Both the position numbers and the translations under genes were made by a program. From assembly GCA_965226055.1 (NCBI GenBank), contig CBDDCA010000006.1, positions 192,001 through 256,000 on the forward strand: a stretch of DNA of 64,000 bases. The letters are read 5' to 3'. Origin of the DNA: Spirochaetia bacterium (GTDB taxonomy: Bacteria > Spirochaetota > Spirochaetia > WTKD01 > G963693115). Position 1 is the first letter of the stretch, and each line of letters opens with the position of its first letter. The notes under the pieces are model-generated. The model was not told where the DNA came from and ran no database searches. It saw only the letters and a program-made list of their open reading frames with translations. Positions 50,977 to 62,268 of the stretch are shown here, piece after piece.

Positions 50977-52774
50977 TCAAAAAGATCGTTTTTCTTCTTC
51001 TGTTAATTTTGAAAATTCAATATTAAAATACTTTCCTTTTTGAGGTTTTGCTTGAAAGAAGCATATTTTATCTTTATTTCCATTTTCGGTATTTAAAAGT
51101 TTACAAAGTAACTTTTTATCTTTAGATGATGTTTTTAGTCCAAAAATAATTTTTGTCACAGATAACAATCCTTCTTTAAACTTCCCGTTACTATCCTGGG
51201 GCTTATTTTTACTAAAAAGTATAAAACGTCCTTCATTTTCATATTTCCATTGTTTGTCTTTAATAGCAAAAATGTCTTCTAGTTTGTTATCTATCTTATC
51301 ATTACTATACTTTACAGGAGCATATAAGATATAGTCTTTTTCTTTTCCTTCTTCTGATAATACTTTATCAATTTTATCTTTATCAATCATCATTTCATAC
51401 TCTATACATATTCCTCTATGATTATCAGCATAGTGGCTAAACAGTAATGTATTATTTACTATCTCATCTGGCTTATATTCAAATTCTTTTGTTTGCTTTG
51501 AAACTGTAAATGAAAGTATGTATGGCGTAAAAGATTTATCTTCAAATATAGACTCATACATAGGACATTCCAATGGATCATTAAGTGATGCAATATCACT
51601 AAAATATACTTGCTTATTGACAAGCATCTCTATTGTATTTTTATTGATAGGTCTAAATTTATAATATCTTGCTTTTCCATATCCATCTTTGATATTCTTA
51701 CATTTTGTTTTTATCGCTTTTTCATAATCTTCTTTCGCCTCTGCTTTTGCTTCTTCATATTGCCCAAAAAAATACTTTACTTGTCCTCTGTTATAGTATG
51801 CTTCTGCATACTCTCTATCAATTTCTATCGCTTCATCATAATCCTTTATCGCTTCTTCATATCGCTCCAAAGCATACTTTGCTCGCCCTCTGTTATAATA
51901 TGCTTCTGCATACTGTTTATCACATTTTATCGCCTCATCATAATCTTTTATCGCTTCTTCATATCGCTCCAAAGCATACTTTGCTCGCCCTCTGTTATAA
52001 TATGCTTCTGCATACTGTTTATCACATTTTATCGCCTCATCATAATCTTTTATCGCTTCTTCATATTGCCCCAAAGCATACTTTGCTTGCCCTATATCAT
52101 AATATGCTTCTGCTTGCTGTACATTATCCTTGTATCGCTTCATCATAATCCTTTATCGCTTCTTCATATCGCTCCAAAGCATACTTTGCTCGCCCTCTGT
52201 TATGATATGCTTCTACATACTCTTCATCATATTTTATCGCCTTGTCATAATCTTTTATCGCTTCTTCATATTGCTCCAAAGCATACTTTGCTCGCCCTCT
52301 GTTATAATATGCTTCTACATACTCTTCATCATATTTTATCGCCTCATCATAATCTTTTATCGCTTCTTCATATCGCTCCAAAGCATACTTTACTCGCCCT
52401 CTGCCATAATATGCTTTTGCATACTGTCTATTCAGTTTTATCGCTTCACCATAATCTTTTATCGCTTCTTCATATTGCTCCAAATCATACTTTTCTTGCC
52501 CTTTATTATAATATGCTTTTGCATACTGTTTATTCAGTTTTATCGCTTCACCATAATCTTTTATCGCTTCTTCATAATCTTCTTCTGCGTTATTTAAGTC
52601 TATCTTCTTTGCTTCGTCATAATCTTTCTTTGCTTCTTCTAATTTACCTAAAGACTCTAATAATAATGCTCTTTTAATATATGCATCTTTTTTACTCCCT
52701 TTCGTTACGTTATGTTGCTCAATAACATTAGTATAAAAAGATATATATTGATCGTACTCTTTTTGTTCTGACAT
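50977..52774 (-). pseudogene. TPR-repeat plus DUF2971 protein split by a 1-nt frameshift
   Basis: 34-aa TPR units (102 bp) continue across ORFs 52124..52774 and 50977..52146; C-terminal LNDPLE, SHYADNHRGICIEY, WKYENEGR. Confidence 0.8.
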
Positions 52775-53039
52775 ACATTAACTCCTATAATCATTTAATA
52801 TTATATCACCTCTAAAGAGATTATGTTACAATAAATATGGTTAATTTATGAACTCAAGTAATAAACACAACAAGGGAAAAGCAATACAAAAAAAGAAAAT
52901 ATCTTCGTAGCCCATTATTGATAAAAATCTGAATTTTCATCTGCCTATTCATAAATTTTGAAAAATTAGTATAATTATATTGTTAGTATGTATAATAAAT
53001 TATTATACATACTAAGCCTAAGTTAAGGAGAAAACTATA

Positions 53040-53393
53040 ATGGAAGAAGAAACACAAGAAATAACTCCATTGGAAACTAATCTACCAAGTAATAATAGCA
53101 ATACATTGAGTGATACACTATTGGGGGTAACTGGTGTGCTAATGAATGCATGGGTGCAACACAACATCGCAAAAGAACAGTTATACATTTGGAAACAATT
53201 CCAACAAGAACAACTTCTAAAAGAGCAAGAATTTAAGGAAAGATTACGACAAGAAAAATTAAGACTAAAACAAACCAGAGAGGAAAATAAGCATAAGCAA
53301 AAACAACTGGACACTATAGTAGATGCTATCAAATCACTAGAAGACGAAGAAGTTAAAAAAATACTCATAGAAAAAATTATGAAAGATATGTAG
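53040..53393 (+). CDS. Hypothetical coiled-coil protein
   Basis: AAGGAG RBS; Q/E/K-rich helix. Confidence 0.65.
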   Translation: MEEETQEITPLETNLPSNNSNTLSDTLLGVTGVLMNAWVQHNIAKEQLYIWKQFQQEQLLKEQEFKERLRQEKLRLKQTREENKHKQKQLDTIVDAIKSLEDEEVKKILIEKIMKDM

Positions 53394-53561
53394 CTCAATG
53401 ATCGATTATAACACCAAAGATTTCAGCAATATTCAAAAAAATGAAGGTATTTTCTTAGACTATTGTTATTAATCATTTATGGTTGTAGTTTATATGATAT
53501 AATTATACTTGTACATATACCTAGATATAGATTACAAAACTATATAAGGAGCATAACAGTC

Positions 53562-54173
53562 ATGAGTAAAATAGATTATAAAAAAGAGTGGTCTCACCTG
53601 TACCGACCGTCTACAAAAGAGGCGAGTATAGTCAATGTCCCTGCTATGAACTATTTAATGATCGACGGTGAAGGAAATCCGAACATAGTGCAGTCTTTTC
53701 AAGATGCAGTGAATGTGTTGTTTCCACTTTCGTACACGCTAAAATTTATGGCAAAGAACGGAACGCTTGGCAAGGACTATGCAGTGATGCCGTTAGAAGG
53801 ACTGTGGTGGTCTGAGGATATATCTTCATTTAGTATGGAAAACAAAGGTGATTGGAAATGGACTTTGATGATTATGCAGCCGCCATTTATTAGCTTGAAA
53901 ATGATTGAAGAAGCAAAAGAGCAAATTCAAATAAAAAAGAATCCTAGTGCCTTACCTTTGGTGTATTTTGAATCCTTAGAAGAAGGCAAAGCCGCACAGA
54001 TAATGCACTTAGGCCCCTTTTCTACAGAAGGATCAACGGTGGCAAAACTCCATGATTTTATTGAACATAGCGGACATCAAAGACGAGATAAGCACCATGA
54101 AATATATCTAAAGGATATGAGAAAATCTGTGCCAGAAAACTGGACAACCATTATCCGTCATCCGATAGTATAG
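53562..54173 (+). CDS. GyrI-like small-molecule-binding domain protein
   Basis: IDGEGNP, VMPLEGLWW, W.WTLMIMQP, HLGPF, HHEIYL; AAGGAG RBS before ATG 53562. Confidence 0.88.
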   Translation: MSKIDYKKEWSHLYRPSTKEASIVNVPAMNYLMIDGEGNPNIVQSFQDAVNVLFPLSYTLKFMAKNGTLGKDYAVMPLEGLWWSEDISSFSMENKGDWKWTLMIMQPPFISLKMIEEAKEQIQIKKNPSALPLVYFESLEEGKAAQIMHLGPFSTEGSTVAKLHDFIEHSGHQRRDKHHEIYLKDMRKSVPENWTTIIRHPIV

Positions 54174-54398
54174 TACTGATTCAAGCATTACATATGACAA
54201 AGGAGAAAAAGAACAGAAAAATAAAAAACTAAAAATAAGTATAATTATTCTATGAAACGCTACATAATAGGTACTATACTTTTTTTTATGACATTTATAC
54301 TGTTTTATTATGCTAATAAGCTAGTTATGGGATTACTCATAGAGTAAATACTCAAACTATGTCAATACATTTCTCTCTTATAGTTATAATATAATTAT

Positions 54399-55490
54399 AT
54401 GAAAACATTAAAAAATTCTATTGATACAAAAATACTAGAAACACGTAACAAAGAACGCTTAAAAGACAAAAATGATCCTCGTGGGATGTATTTTAGAGAT
54501 GCCACTGCTATTATTCATAGCACCCCTTTTCGAAGATTAAAGAAAAAAACACAAGTTTTTTTTGCTCCTAGTAATGACCACATTTGCACTCGATTAGAAC
54601 ATGTGTTACATGTTGCTACTATTGCTGTATCTATCTGTAAAGGACTTCACTTAAATAGTGACTTAGCGTGGGCAATAGGATTAGGACATGATCTAGGACA
54701 TACCCCTTTTGGACATCTCGGAGAATCAATACTGAACGATTTTAGCACCCACTCTTTTTGTCATGAACTTCATTCTTTACGGGTAGTTGACACATTATAC
54801 GCACTAAATCTCTGTTATGCAGTTCGTGATGGTATAGTAAGTCATTGCGGAGAAAAATTTGAACAAAAAATCAACCCTACGCATCAAGCAAACGATATAG
54901 CAGCGTATCAAGACAGAAGTCATTATCCTGCAACCTACGAAGGATGTATAGTACGCATGGCAGATAAAATAGCGTACCTTGGAAGAGATTATGAAGATGC
55001 AATAAAACTCGGCATCATCCCATCAAATACACTCCCTGTTAATGTTACCCGCATTTTTGATCATGAAAATAACTCCAATATTATCAATACTTTCGCAAAA
55101 GATCTTATACAATACACACGTCAAACTGGAGAAGTAGGATTTTCCAACGAAGTATTTGAAGCACTTGTTTCCTTTAAGGAATTTAATTACACACGCATCT
55201 ATAAAAGTGACTATATTCTTGAACAACGAGAAAAAGTCACTCACCTTCTAAAAGTTATACTTGCATTTCTTATTGAAGAAGTCACAAAAAATACCTCCAA
55301 CGAATCTGCGTACCTTAACTCAAAATTGCATATCATAAAAGGACTAGGAAACCATCTTATAAAGTATGGAAATCTCTATAACCTCGACAATACAGAAGAG
55401 CAAAAAATTTTTATTATTGATTATGTAGCAAGTATGACTGATGATTATGTAATAAAAACAAGTAAAGAAGTACTATACCCTCTTACCTAA
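54399..55490 (+). CDS. dgt: dGTP triphosphohydrolase-like HD phosphohydrolase
   Basis: FRRLKKKTQV, TRLEH, HDLGHTPFGH.GE, ADKIAY, DYVASMTD. Confidence 0.9.
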   Translation: MKTLKNSIDTKILETRNKERLKDKNDPRGMYFRDATAIIHSTPFRRLKKKTQVFFAPSNDHICTRLEHVLHVATIAVSICKGLHLNSDLAWAIGLGHDLGHTPFGHLGESILNDFSTHSFCHELHSLRVVDTLYALNLCYAVRDGIVSHCGEKFEQKINPTHQANDIAAYQDRSHYPATYEGCIVRMADKIAYLGRDYEDAIKLGIIPSNTLPVNVTRIFDHENNSNIINTFAKDLIQYTRQTGEVGFSNEVFEALVSFKEFNYTRIYKSDYILEQREKVTHLLKVILAFLIEEVTKNTSNESAYLNSKLHIIKGLGNHLIKYGNLYNLDNTEEQKIFIIDYVASMTDDYVIKTSKEVLYPLT

Positions 55491-56501
55491 ATGTAAAAAA
55501 CGCTTATACTGTCTCCTCTTTAGTACATGCAACTGATAGAGATTATATAAAAATAAGCTCAATAAAAATTCACTTGATATAGCAAAAGATTCTCGTATCT
55601 CTGCCTCACAATTTACAGCAAGCACAAATATATCTTGCATTATTTGCAAACTCATATCTTCAAGAAACAGCTTAAATGGTTCTTGACGTGATATACCTCG
55701 TATATTTAGTGAATCACAGGCTTGCTTAAACCCTATTCCTTGTTCCTTTTTGAGCATAATTTGTAAAGCATTTTTTAGCTGATATAAAATTCCTCCAAAT
55801 ATACTCTGACTTTTTTCTCCTGCTTCAATCATGGTTTTTATATCATTACATGCATTATTATAATCTCGTTTTGCTATAGCATGAAATAAAGTAAAAGCAT
55901 TTTCTTTCTTATAATGAGTAAACCAAGATTCAATATGAGTAGAACGAATAGGATTAGTAGGATGTTGTTGTACAAAATTATAAATTTGCTGTAAAAAATT
56001 ATCCAGTTCAGCAAGATTTTCAGCAACAAAATATTGCAGTACATCAATAGCATCGCGTGTAAAATGTAACCCTTTATCTTGAATGTTTTTTATCAGATAC
56101 CGAAAATACTCATCATCACGTAAAGGCCAAAAAATTTTCTTTTGCGTTGTATCAACAATATCTAAATCACGATGAATCTTTACTTCATCTGAGATCATTA
56201 TAATAAAACAATCTACACTTTTTTGTAAATGCTGGCCTAGTATGCGAGCATCATTGACAGAAAGCTCATTTATTTGCTTTATCACTATCCCTCGTTCACT
56301 TTCAAACAAAGAGGGAGTGGAGATATAATCACATATCTGTTCAATAGTATCAAAGCCACAAATAAATAGCTTAAAGCGATCTATATTCTTATTTTTTCTT
56401 ATAATCAGAGATTTTAAGTTTTGAAAAAATTCATTTTTTTTCCCTAGTTCTGGCCCTAACAGCAACCAAATATTATTCTTCATTTGCAAATTTATTATCA
56501 A
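55473..56501 (-). CDS. holA: DNA polymerase III delta subunit
   Basis: WLLLGPE.G, TPSLF, NAFTLF; start may be MKNNIW. Confidence 0.75.
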   Translation of the reverse strand: MIINLQMKNNIWLLLGPELGKKNEFFQNLKSLIIRKNKNIDRFKLFICGFDTIEQICDYISTPSLFESERGIVIKQINELSVNDARILGQHLQKSVDCFIIMISDEVKIHRDLDIVDTTQKKIFWPLRDDEYFRYLIKNIQDKGLHFTRDAIDVLQYFVAENLAELDNFLQQIYNFVQQHPTNPIRSTHIESWFTHYKKENAFTLFHAIAKRDYNNACNDIKTMIEAGEKSQSIFGGILYQLKNALQIMLKKEQGIGFKQACDSLNIRGISRQEPFKLFLEDMSLQIMQDIFVLAVNCEAEIRESFAISSEFLLSLFLYNLYQLHVLKRRQYKRFLHLGKRV

Positions 56502-56742
56502 ATAATAACGCTAGCTTTTCTGTTACCTGTGCTTCATCTTCTCCTACCGCTTGAATAATAAGCTCTGTGCCAAAACCAGCTCCTAATGTGAGTACTCCCA
56601 TAATTGATTTTGCATTTATCAAATTACCTTCTCTTCCGATATACACTTCAGAGTTGTATATTGCACATGTCTTCACAATGAGAGAAGATGGTCTCGCATG
56701 AAGCCCTGCTTTATTTTTAACTGTAACTGTTATTTTTACCAT
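56473..56742 (-). CDS. ptsH: HPr phosphocarrier
   Basis: GLHARP, NAKSIMG. Confidence 0.95.
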   Translation of the reverse strand: MVKITVTVKNKAGLHARPSSLIVKTCAIYNSEVYIGREGNLINAKSIMGVLTLGAGFGTELIIQAVGEDEAQVTEKLALLFDNKFANEE

Positions 56743-57707
56743 AAAAATGGATCCTCTTTTCCATGATACCCCATTAGGCGTATTCTGTGTTGTAAAGTAG
56801 CAACTTCTATAAGCATAGAAATATTACGACCAGGTTTTACTATCATTTCTATATTCGGTAGCGAAATCCCTAAAATATCAACAGTCTTATTTTCTCCCAA
56901 CCTATCAACTTTTTTTTCATAACTAAAACCTACACTTTGATCAAGCAATGTTATAACCAAACTCAGTACCTTTTTATCAATAGTTGAGCTTATACCAAAA
57001 ATCTGTGCAATATTTATGATACCTATCCCTCGTATTTCAATATGATGTTTATACTGGCTTGAAGTTTTAATAGCTTGTCCTTGTATATAATTTCCTTCAA
57101 TCTTCTGTAACTCCACCACATCATCTGCAACTAACCGATGCGAATCTTTTTCAAGCAATTCCAATGCTACTTCACTTTTTCCAACACCACTTTTCCCTTG
57201 AATAAGTACTCCTATATCAAACACTTCAAGAAAAGTACCATGCACATGTTTTTTTTCAGAAAAAAGAATAGTAAGAATTCTAAATAACACAACATTTAGC
57301 TCATATGTCAATAAATCACTTAGTAGAAGGGGACAATTATGTTCTTCACAAATATCTATAAAGGTCTGTGGTATAGATACATTCTTAGCATTTGGCACAA
57401 TACAACAAGGAATAGTATGCTGAAACAATGCATCAAGCACCTTGCGTATCATTCCTTTGCTCTCCATATCTCGCAAATATGCAATTTCTCCCCTTCCAAA
57501 CAGTTGTATTCTCTGCTCTCCAAACTCATAGAAATTCTGAGTTAACGAAAGGCCAGGACGATTGATTGCATTTACTACTTCGTTATGCAACCCTTTATGA
57601 CCAGATATACAAATAAGAGACAAATTAAACTCTTTTTTCGGAGCTTCTCGTAAAATATCAATAACTCTTGGATTAGTCATTTTGTAATAATTTCCTGTAT
57701 TTTGCAA
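56736..57707 (-). CDS. hprK: HPr(Ser) kinase/phosphatase
   Basis: NRPGL, GKSGVGKSE, LVADD, EIRGIGII, PGRN. Confidence 0.95.
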   Translation of the reverse strand: MQNTGNYYKMTNPRVIDILREAPKKEFNLSLICISGHKGLHNEVVNAINRPGLSLTQNFYEFGEQRIQLFGRGEIAYLRDMESKGMIRKVLDALFQHTIPCCIVPNAKNVSIPQTFIDICEEHNCPLLLSDLLTYELNVVLFRILTILFSEKKHVHGTFLEVFDIGVLIQGKSGVGKSEVALELLEKDSHRLVADDVVELQKIEGNYIQGQAIKTSSQYKHHIEIRGIGIINIAQIFGISSTIDKKVLSLVITLLDQSVGFSYEKKVDRLGENKTVDILGISLPNIEMIVKPGRNISMLIEVATLQHRIRLMGYHGKEDPFLW

Positions 57708-58986
57708 CTGTTCTTCTTGCTACAACAAGACCTTGTTTTTCTAACTGTTCACTTATCATCCTATCAGATAAATGTTTTTTTCCTTTATATTGTGCTACTA
57801 TATTCGCAATACTTTCAATAACTTTAGAAGAAAATACTTTTTGTACTTCATCTCGCTGTGTAAAAAACTTTTGCAAAGGAAGCAATCCTTGTGGAGTTTC
57901 AACAAATTTACGCCCCACTATACGAGACACAGTAGATATATGTACCTGCAATATCTCTGCAACCTCCTTTTGAGAAAGTGGGAGTAAATCTTTTGTTTTA
58001 GAAAGCAAAAAATCTTTTTGCATATTTACTACATATATTACTACTTTTTCAAAAATATATTCTCTATACCGCAACCCTTCTATAAATTGTTCGGCATTTC
58101 TTATCATTTCTTCTGCTGCTTTTTTGGTTTCTTTATCCTCTTTTGTTGTCAATCTACTGATATCTTCACTCACAGTGAGGACTGGAATAATATCATTGTT
58201 TACTTCTACTCGGAGAGTTTCTCCTTCTACCCTCACAACTGCATCTGGTACAATAGCATCATGTATTTTATACGATTGATGCATATAAATATATCCAGGA
58301 TAAGGAGTTACATAATGAAGTACTTGTTGAAGTATCTTATCATTTTGAAATTTCTGTACAAAATCTTGCTCTATGGAAGGATTCATATTTTGATGATATA
58401 ACAAAGCACAATACTCTTCTAATTTCTGTTTTTCTTCATCACTAAGAGATAACTGCTCTGCTTGTAATAAAATACTTTCACTTTCGTTCCAGACAGCACA
58501 ACCAACAGGGCTTAACAGCTGAACAATTTTCTGCACCTTAGTAATATTAGTTTCATTCGCTCCATCAATCACCCGACACAGAAACAATGGATCATCACAC
58601 AAAAAACCACGATCGTCTAAATTATCAATGATCATCTCACCTATCTCTATGGCAGTATCATCTAAATTTTCCATATGCAGCTGCCATTTTAAGTGTTCTG
58701 CAAGCGTTTTAGGGGCTTCCAGTAAGTTCTCAAGTTCAATGGTAAATGAATTTCCCGTTGTCGAAATTATTGTTGGGCCATTAAATTTTTCACTTTCAAG
58801 ATATTCAAGACTTGTATACTGAGGTTCTAGCTCTATATCAAGTGCAGGATTGTTCTGAACCTCTTTTAAGATTTCTTCTCGTAATTGTAAAACAGGGTAA
58901 GTAAGCAAAGACAATTTTTGAAGCATCACCGAAGACATTACCATGCCCTGTGATAATTTCTGTGATTGCTGTAATGTATGTTCCAT
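57673..58986 (-). CDS. rpoN: RNA polymerase sigma-54
   Basis: H.STVSR HTH; RpoN box ARRTVAKYR. Confidence 0.95.
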   Translation of the reverse strand: MEHTLQQSQKLSQGMVMSSVMLQKLSLLTYPVLQLREEILKEVQNNPALDIELEPQYTSLEYLESEKFNGPTIISTTGNSFTIELENLLEAPKTLAEHLKWQLHMENLDDTAIEIGEMIIDNLDDRGFLCDDPLFLCRVIDGANETNITKVQKIVQLLSPVGCAVWNESESILLQAEQLSLSDEEKQKLEEYCALLYHQNMNPSIEQDFVQKFQNDKILQQVLHYVTPYPGYIYMHQSYKIHDAIVPDAVVRVEGETLRVEVNNDIIPVLTVSEDISRLTTKEDKETKKAAEEMIRNAEQFIEGLRYREYIFEKVVIYVVNMQKDFLLSKTKDLLPLSQKEVAEILQVHISTVSRIVGRKFVETPQGLLPLQKFFTQRDEVQKVFSSKVIESIANIVAQYKGKKHLSDRMISEQLEKQGLVVARRTVAKYRKLLQND

Positions 58987-59017
58987 TAATGTTTCCTATA
59001 ATGCTTATATTTCAAAA

Positions 59018-60103
59018 CTACTGCAACGACGCTTCTCCAGTCATATACCATGTTACTTGATCCTTAAACGATTCCTGTGTCGGACGAAACTTAATTCCTA
59101 AAGTTTCTTGTATTTTACTTGAATTTACCCGTAAACAACTTCGCAATACTTTCACTGATCCTGTCGTAAATATAGGATGTCCTCCAAAGCACATTGACCA
59201 AAACTCAAATACAATACCTATTCCATACATAATCCATAAAGGTATCTTAAAAAACGGCTTCGGTATATTGCTTACTTCTTGTAATGTTTTCATCATAGTA
59301 TGCACAGAAACATACTCCCCTGCCGCTATATAATAATTACTATCTTCTCGTTTATTTACTAACATAATTGTAGCATTCGCAACATCCCTAACATCAACAA
59401 AACAAAATCCTCCTTTCGCTGGATATGCTCCTAACCTTCTTTTAAGATACATTTTTACCATATTCCCTATATCCGATGTTCCTTCATCAAAAGGACCTAT
59501 AATCCCTCCAGGACTAACAATGCTGACAGAACATTCATGCTCTTGTTTATACAATGCACCAAAAGAATATACCATTTGTGATGCAATAGCCTTACTTTTT
59601 CCATAAGGAATAAGTGCACACTCAGGATGAAATCCCTCCATTTCATCATGCACTCCTTCGTGTACCTTTCCCATAGCTTCTACTGAGCTAATATAGACTA
59701 ACTTTTTTATCCCCAACTTTTTACACACAGTAAGGACATTCTTCGTGCCTTCTATATTTACTTTAGCCAACTGCTTTTTTTGATAATTTACAATAGAAAC
59801 AAATGATGCCGCATGTATTATTCCATCAACTCCCTCACATAAACGCTCTACATCTTCAATCACACTAACATCACCATCAACAATACTGATATATTTATCA
59901 GCTTGAAACAACTCTCTATTTCTAGAAGAATGACGTAGAAGACGCACATAATAATTTTGTTCCCTCAGCTTTCTTACAATTACCGAACCTAAAAAACCAA
60001 AGCCTCCTGTTACTGCAATACACTTTTTTTTATTTTTTGTTGCTGATTTTTTTGTAGTATGTGTGCTACTCGTTTTAGCATTTTTTATTTCTTTTGTTCT
60101 CAT
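59018..60103 (-). CDS. NAD-dependent epimerase / 3-beta-HSD-like extended SDR
   Basis: TGGFGFLG, HAAS, YISS, YGKSK, VDVRDVA. Confidence 0.85.
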   Translation of the reverse strand: MRTKEIKNAKTSSTHTTKKSATKNKKKCIAVTGGFGFLGSVIVRKLREQNYYVRLLRHSSRNRELFQADKYISIVDGDVSVIEDVERLCEGVDGIIHAASFVSIVNYQKKQLAKVNIEGTKNVLTVCKKLGIKKLVYISSVEAMGKVHEGVHDEMEGFHPECALIPYGKSKAIASQMVYSFGALYKQEHECSVSIVSPGGIIGPFDEGTSDIGNMVKMYLKRRLGAYPAKGGFCFVDVRDVANATIMLVNKREDSNYYIAAGEYVSVHTMMKTLQEVSNIPKPFFKIPLWIMYGIGIVFEFWSMCFGGHPIFTTGSVKVLRSCLRVNSSKIQETLGIKFRPTQESFKDQVTWYMTGEASLQ

Positions 60104-60143
60104 ATGTATGAAAATACCTCTTTACTTTCATTGTACACCATAA

Positions 60144-61025
60144 CTACATAATAAATGGAATAATTGCTTTTCGATTTTTTGGATAATCAGAAAAAGTATT
60201 GCGATACCATGTAAGATTAGCAAAAGCACGTGGCACTAAATTTGCCATAGTAAACAGTGCAAAAGCTACTCCAGCAATAGACCATGTCAATAAAGCCCAT
60301 CCCCACCATTGTAGTATCTCACCAAAATAATTTGGTGAAGCTACATATGTATGTAAAAATCGTTGTGGAATTCCATACCCATTATGTGAAACTTTTTTCA
60401 TCCGTCTCAGTTCTCTATCACTTTGTACATGTATATAAAATCCAATAAAAAACAACACTATTCCCACGATCGATGTAGGAGAAACAAGAAAAGAATATAT
60501 GAGGTTTGCATCCACAAGAAACTGAGGGCTTTGAGATGATCTCTGAAAAAACAGAAACCATCCATTTATGTACCCATTTATTATATTAAACAATAATCCC
60601 ATAAAAGGAACATAGAATCTAAATTCATTTTTTTTATTATCAAACAAATATGTGAAAATAAAAGTCCTATAGAGATAATGAAATTCCCAAATAAAAATAA
60701 AAATAGCAAAGCCTAAAAATACAAGCATATCAACACGCCCAGTAACAAGCCCAATAATACCTACATCACTTATACACCACAAAATAAAAATAGTAAGTAC
60801 AGCAGGAATTTCCATAATAAGCCATCCTGTCCTTTTCGATAACAATGGAAATGAGAGTTTTTTTGACATACTCTTTTGTACCTGTGCTTTCCCTCCCTTT
60901 AAGGGCAGTGTATGTACATGCCTTCCGTACGGAGCGGTTATAAAAAACAATGAAATAAAAATAACAGGAGAAAGAATAAACATACTATGTAACAATACAG
61001 AGGCAATTACATCAAACATACTCAT
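60144..61025 (-). CDS. Steroid 5-alpha-reductase-like membrane protein
   Basis: APYGR, GWLIMEIP, HY.YR, SD..LR, PNYFGEILQW.GWA, NLVPRA. Confidence 0.88.
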   Translation of the reverse strand: MSMFDVIASVLLHSMFILSPVIFISLFFITAPYGRHVHTLPLKGGKAQVQKSMSKKLSFPLLSKRTGWLIMEIPAVLTIFILWCISDVGIIGLVTGRVDMLVFLGFAIFIFIWEFHYLYRTFIFTYLFDNKKNEFRFYVPFMGLLFNIINGYINGWFLFFQRSSQSPQFLVDANLIYSFLVSPTSIVGIVLFFIGFYIHVQSDRELRRMKKVSHNGYGIPQRFLHTYVASPNYFGEILQWWGWALLTWSIAGVAFALFTMANLVPRAFANLTWYRNTFSDYPKNRKAIIPFIM

Positions 61026-61033
61026 ACTACAAT

Positions 61034-62215
61034 TTACAAAACTTCTTCATTTATATACGATAAATACTGTGTATTAGACTTAAAAAAAGTATCTCTTAAC
61101 TCTTTTGCTTTTCTTAATGATACATTACTTCTTTGTAGATACAACATTTCTTCTTCTATCTTTTGCATACGATTTTCACTTACCGATTGTTTTATTAGAT
61201 CTTGAGCATATTCTTCTTGTAAACATAACAGCAAAGCAATATCACTGTCAGTATATGCTTGAAATATCGTTTGAAGAATACTGCTTGGCAACTTAAACAG
61301 TAGCTTCCAGTTCATAATTTTTTCTTCAATACCCATCTTTAATTCTTTGTCTTGTATAGTATCTATAAGCTGTTTTTGTTGTGAAAAAGGCATATGCGAT
61401 AAAATTTCCATCAACGCATCCACTCCACCTGTACTGACAGTGGTCTTCTTATGTTCTTCATTTTTCTTTAGTTTATCCTTTAGTACATTTCGAATAGTTT
61501 GACAGGCTTGAATATTAGGGAGCTTTCGTTTCGCAATATAGAGTATTACTTCACCCCTCTGCTCTTCGGACAGCATAGTCAAAAGAGCTGCAGATTTTGA
61601 TGATTCCATAACTTCCATTACAAAACTGATAATAGGGACGCTTTCAGTATTGATAACCGCATAAATTTCTTTTGTTGTGTACCTGTGCAAAAAAGAAAAA
61701 TCATCAGATAACTGTGAATGAACAAGCTTACGCATAAGATATGCTGCTTTTTTATCACCATATGCAGTACGATAGAGCGCTTTGATAACCTCAAGACTTG
61801 AATGATCATCAGCTATAATACGCAAAAAAGACTCCGATTCCATTTTTTCTGATGAAGGATTTAGTGATACAGTATCAGTACCCAAACCATGCAGTAGAGT
61901 GTCAGTGTGCATATCTTTCTGCTTCTGTACACGAGAAAGAATCTGTGGCGAAGCATGAGGATGTGATTGCTTATATGCATCAATAAAACGAGATATATCT
62001 TTTTCAGTAACAGTAGTATCATTATTTTTTTGAGATACCGACAGATCTTTTTTAAGTATCTGAGACAAATTAAAACGTATATGCCCATACTGACATAATG
62101 CTTCTCCTACTTTTAATGCTTGATACTCATTAAGATGTTTCAATACCTCTGCTGCTTTCATAGGTGATAGAGAAAGAAATGTTGCTGCTATTTTCTGTTT
62201 CGTAAGCGTATCCAT
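61034..62215 (-). CDS. FliG-like flagellar switch paralogue (divergent)
   Basis: QKIAA.FL....AAEVLKHL, ES..IIS, GGVDAL.EIL, SENR...IEEE. Confidence 0.7.
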   Translation of the reverse strand: MDTLTKQKIAATFLSLSPMKAAEVLKHLNEYQALKVGEALCQYGHIRFNLSQILKKDLSVSQKNNDTTVTEKDISRFIDAYKQSHPHASPQILSRVQKQKDMHTDTLLHGLGTDTVSLNPSSEKMESESFLRIIADDHSSLEVIKALYRTAYGDKKAAYLMRKLVHSQLSDDFSFLHRYTTKEIYAVINTESVPIISFVMEVMESSKSAALLTMLSEEQRGEVILYIAKRKLPNIQACQTIRNVLKDKLKKNEEHKKTTVSTGGVDALMEILSHMPFSQQKQLIDTIQDKELKMGIEEKIMNWKLLFKLPSSILQTIFQAYTDSDIALLLCLQEEYAQDLIKQSVSENRMQKIEEEMLYLQRSNVSLRKAKELRDTFFKSNTQYLSYINEEVL

Positions 62216-62268
62216 GGTAGTGTTATAATTAGTATAACAAAATTATTTATTTGAAGTATACTAAACAT

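Noticed and set aside
51610-52677. Long + strand ORFs (355, 147, 155 aa)
   Set aside because: Antisense shadows of the TPR repeats.
52800-52832. attatatca matches to the repeat end (also near 2521 and 33203)
   Set aside because: Explained as ordinary TGATATAAT extended -10 promoters; the rest does not align.
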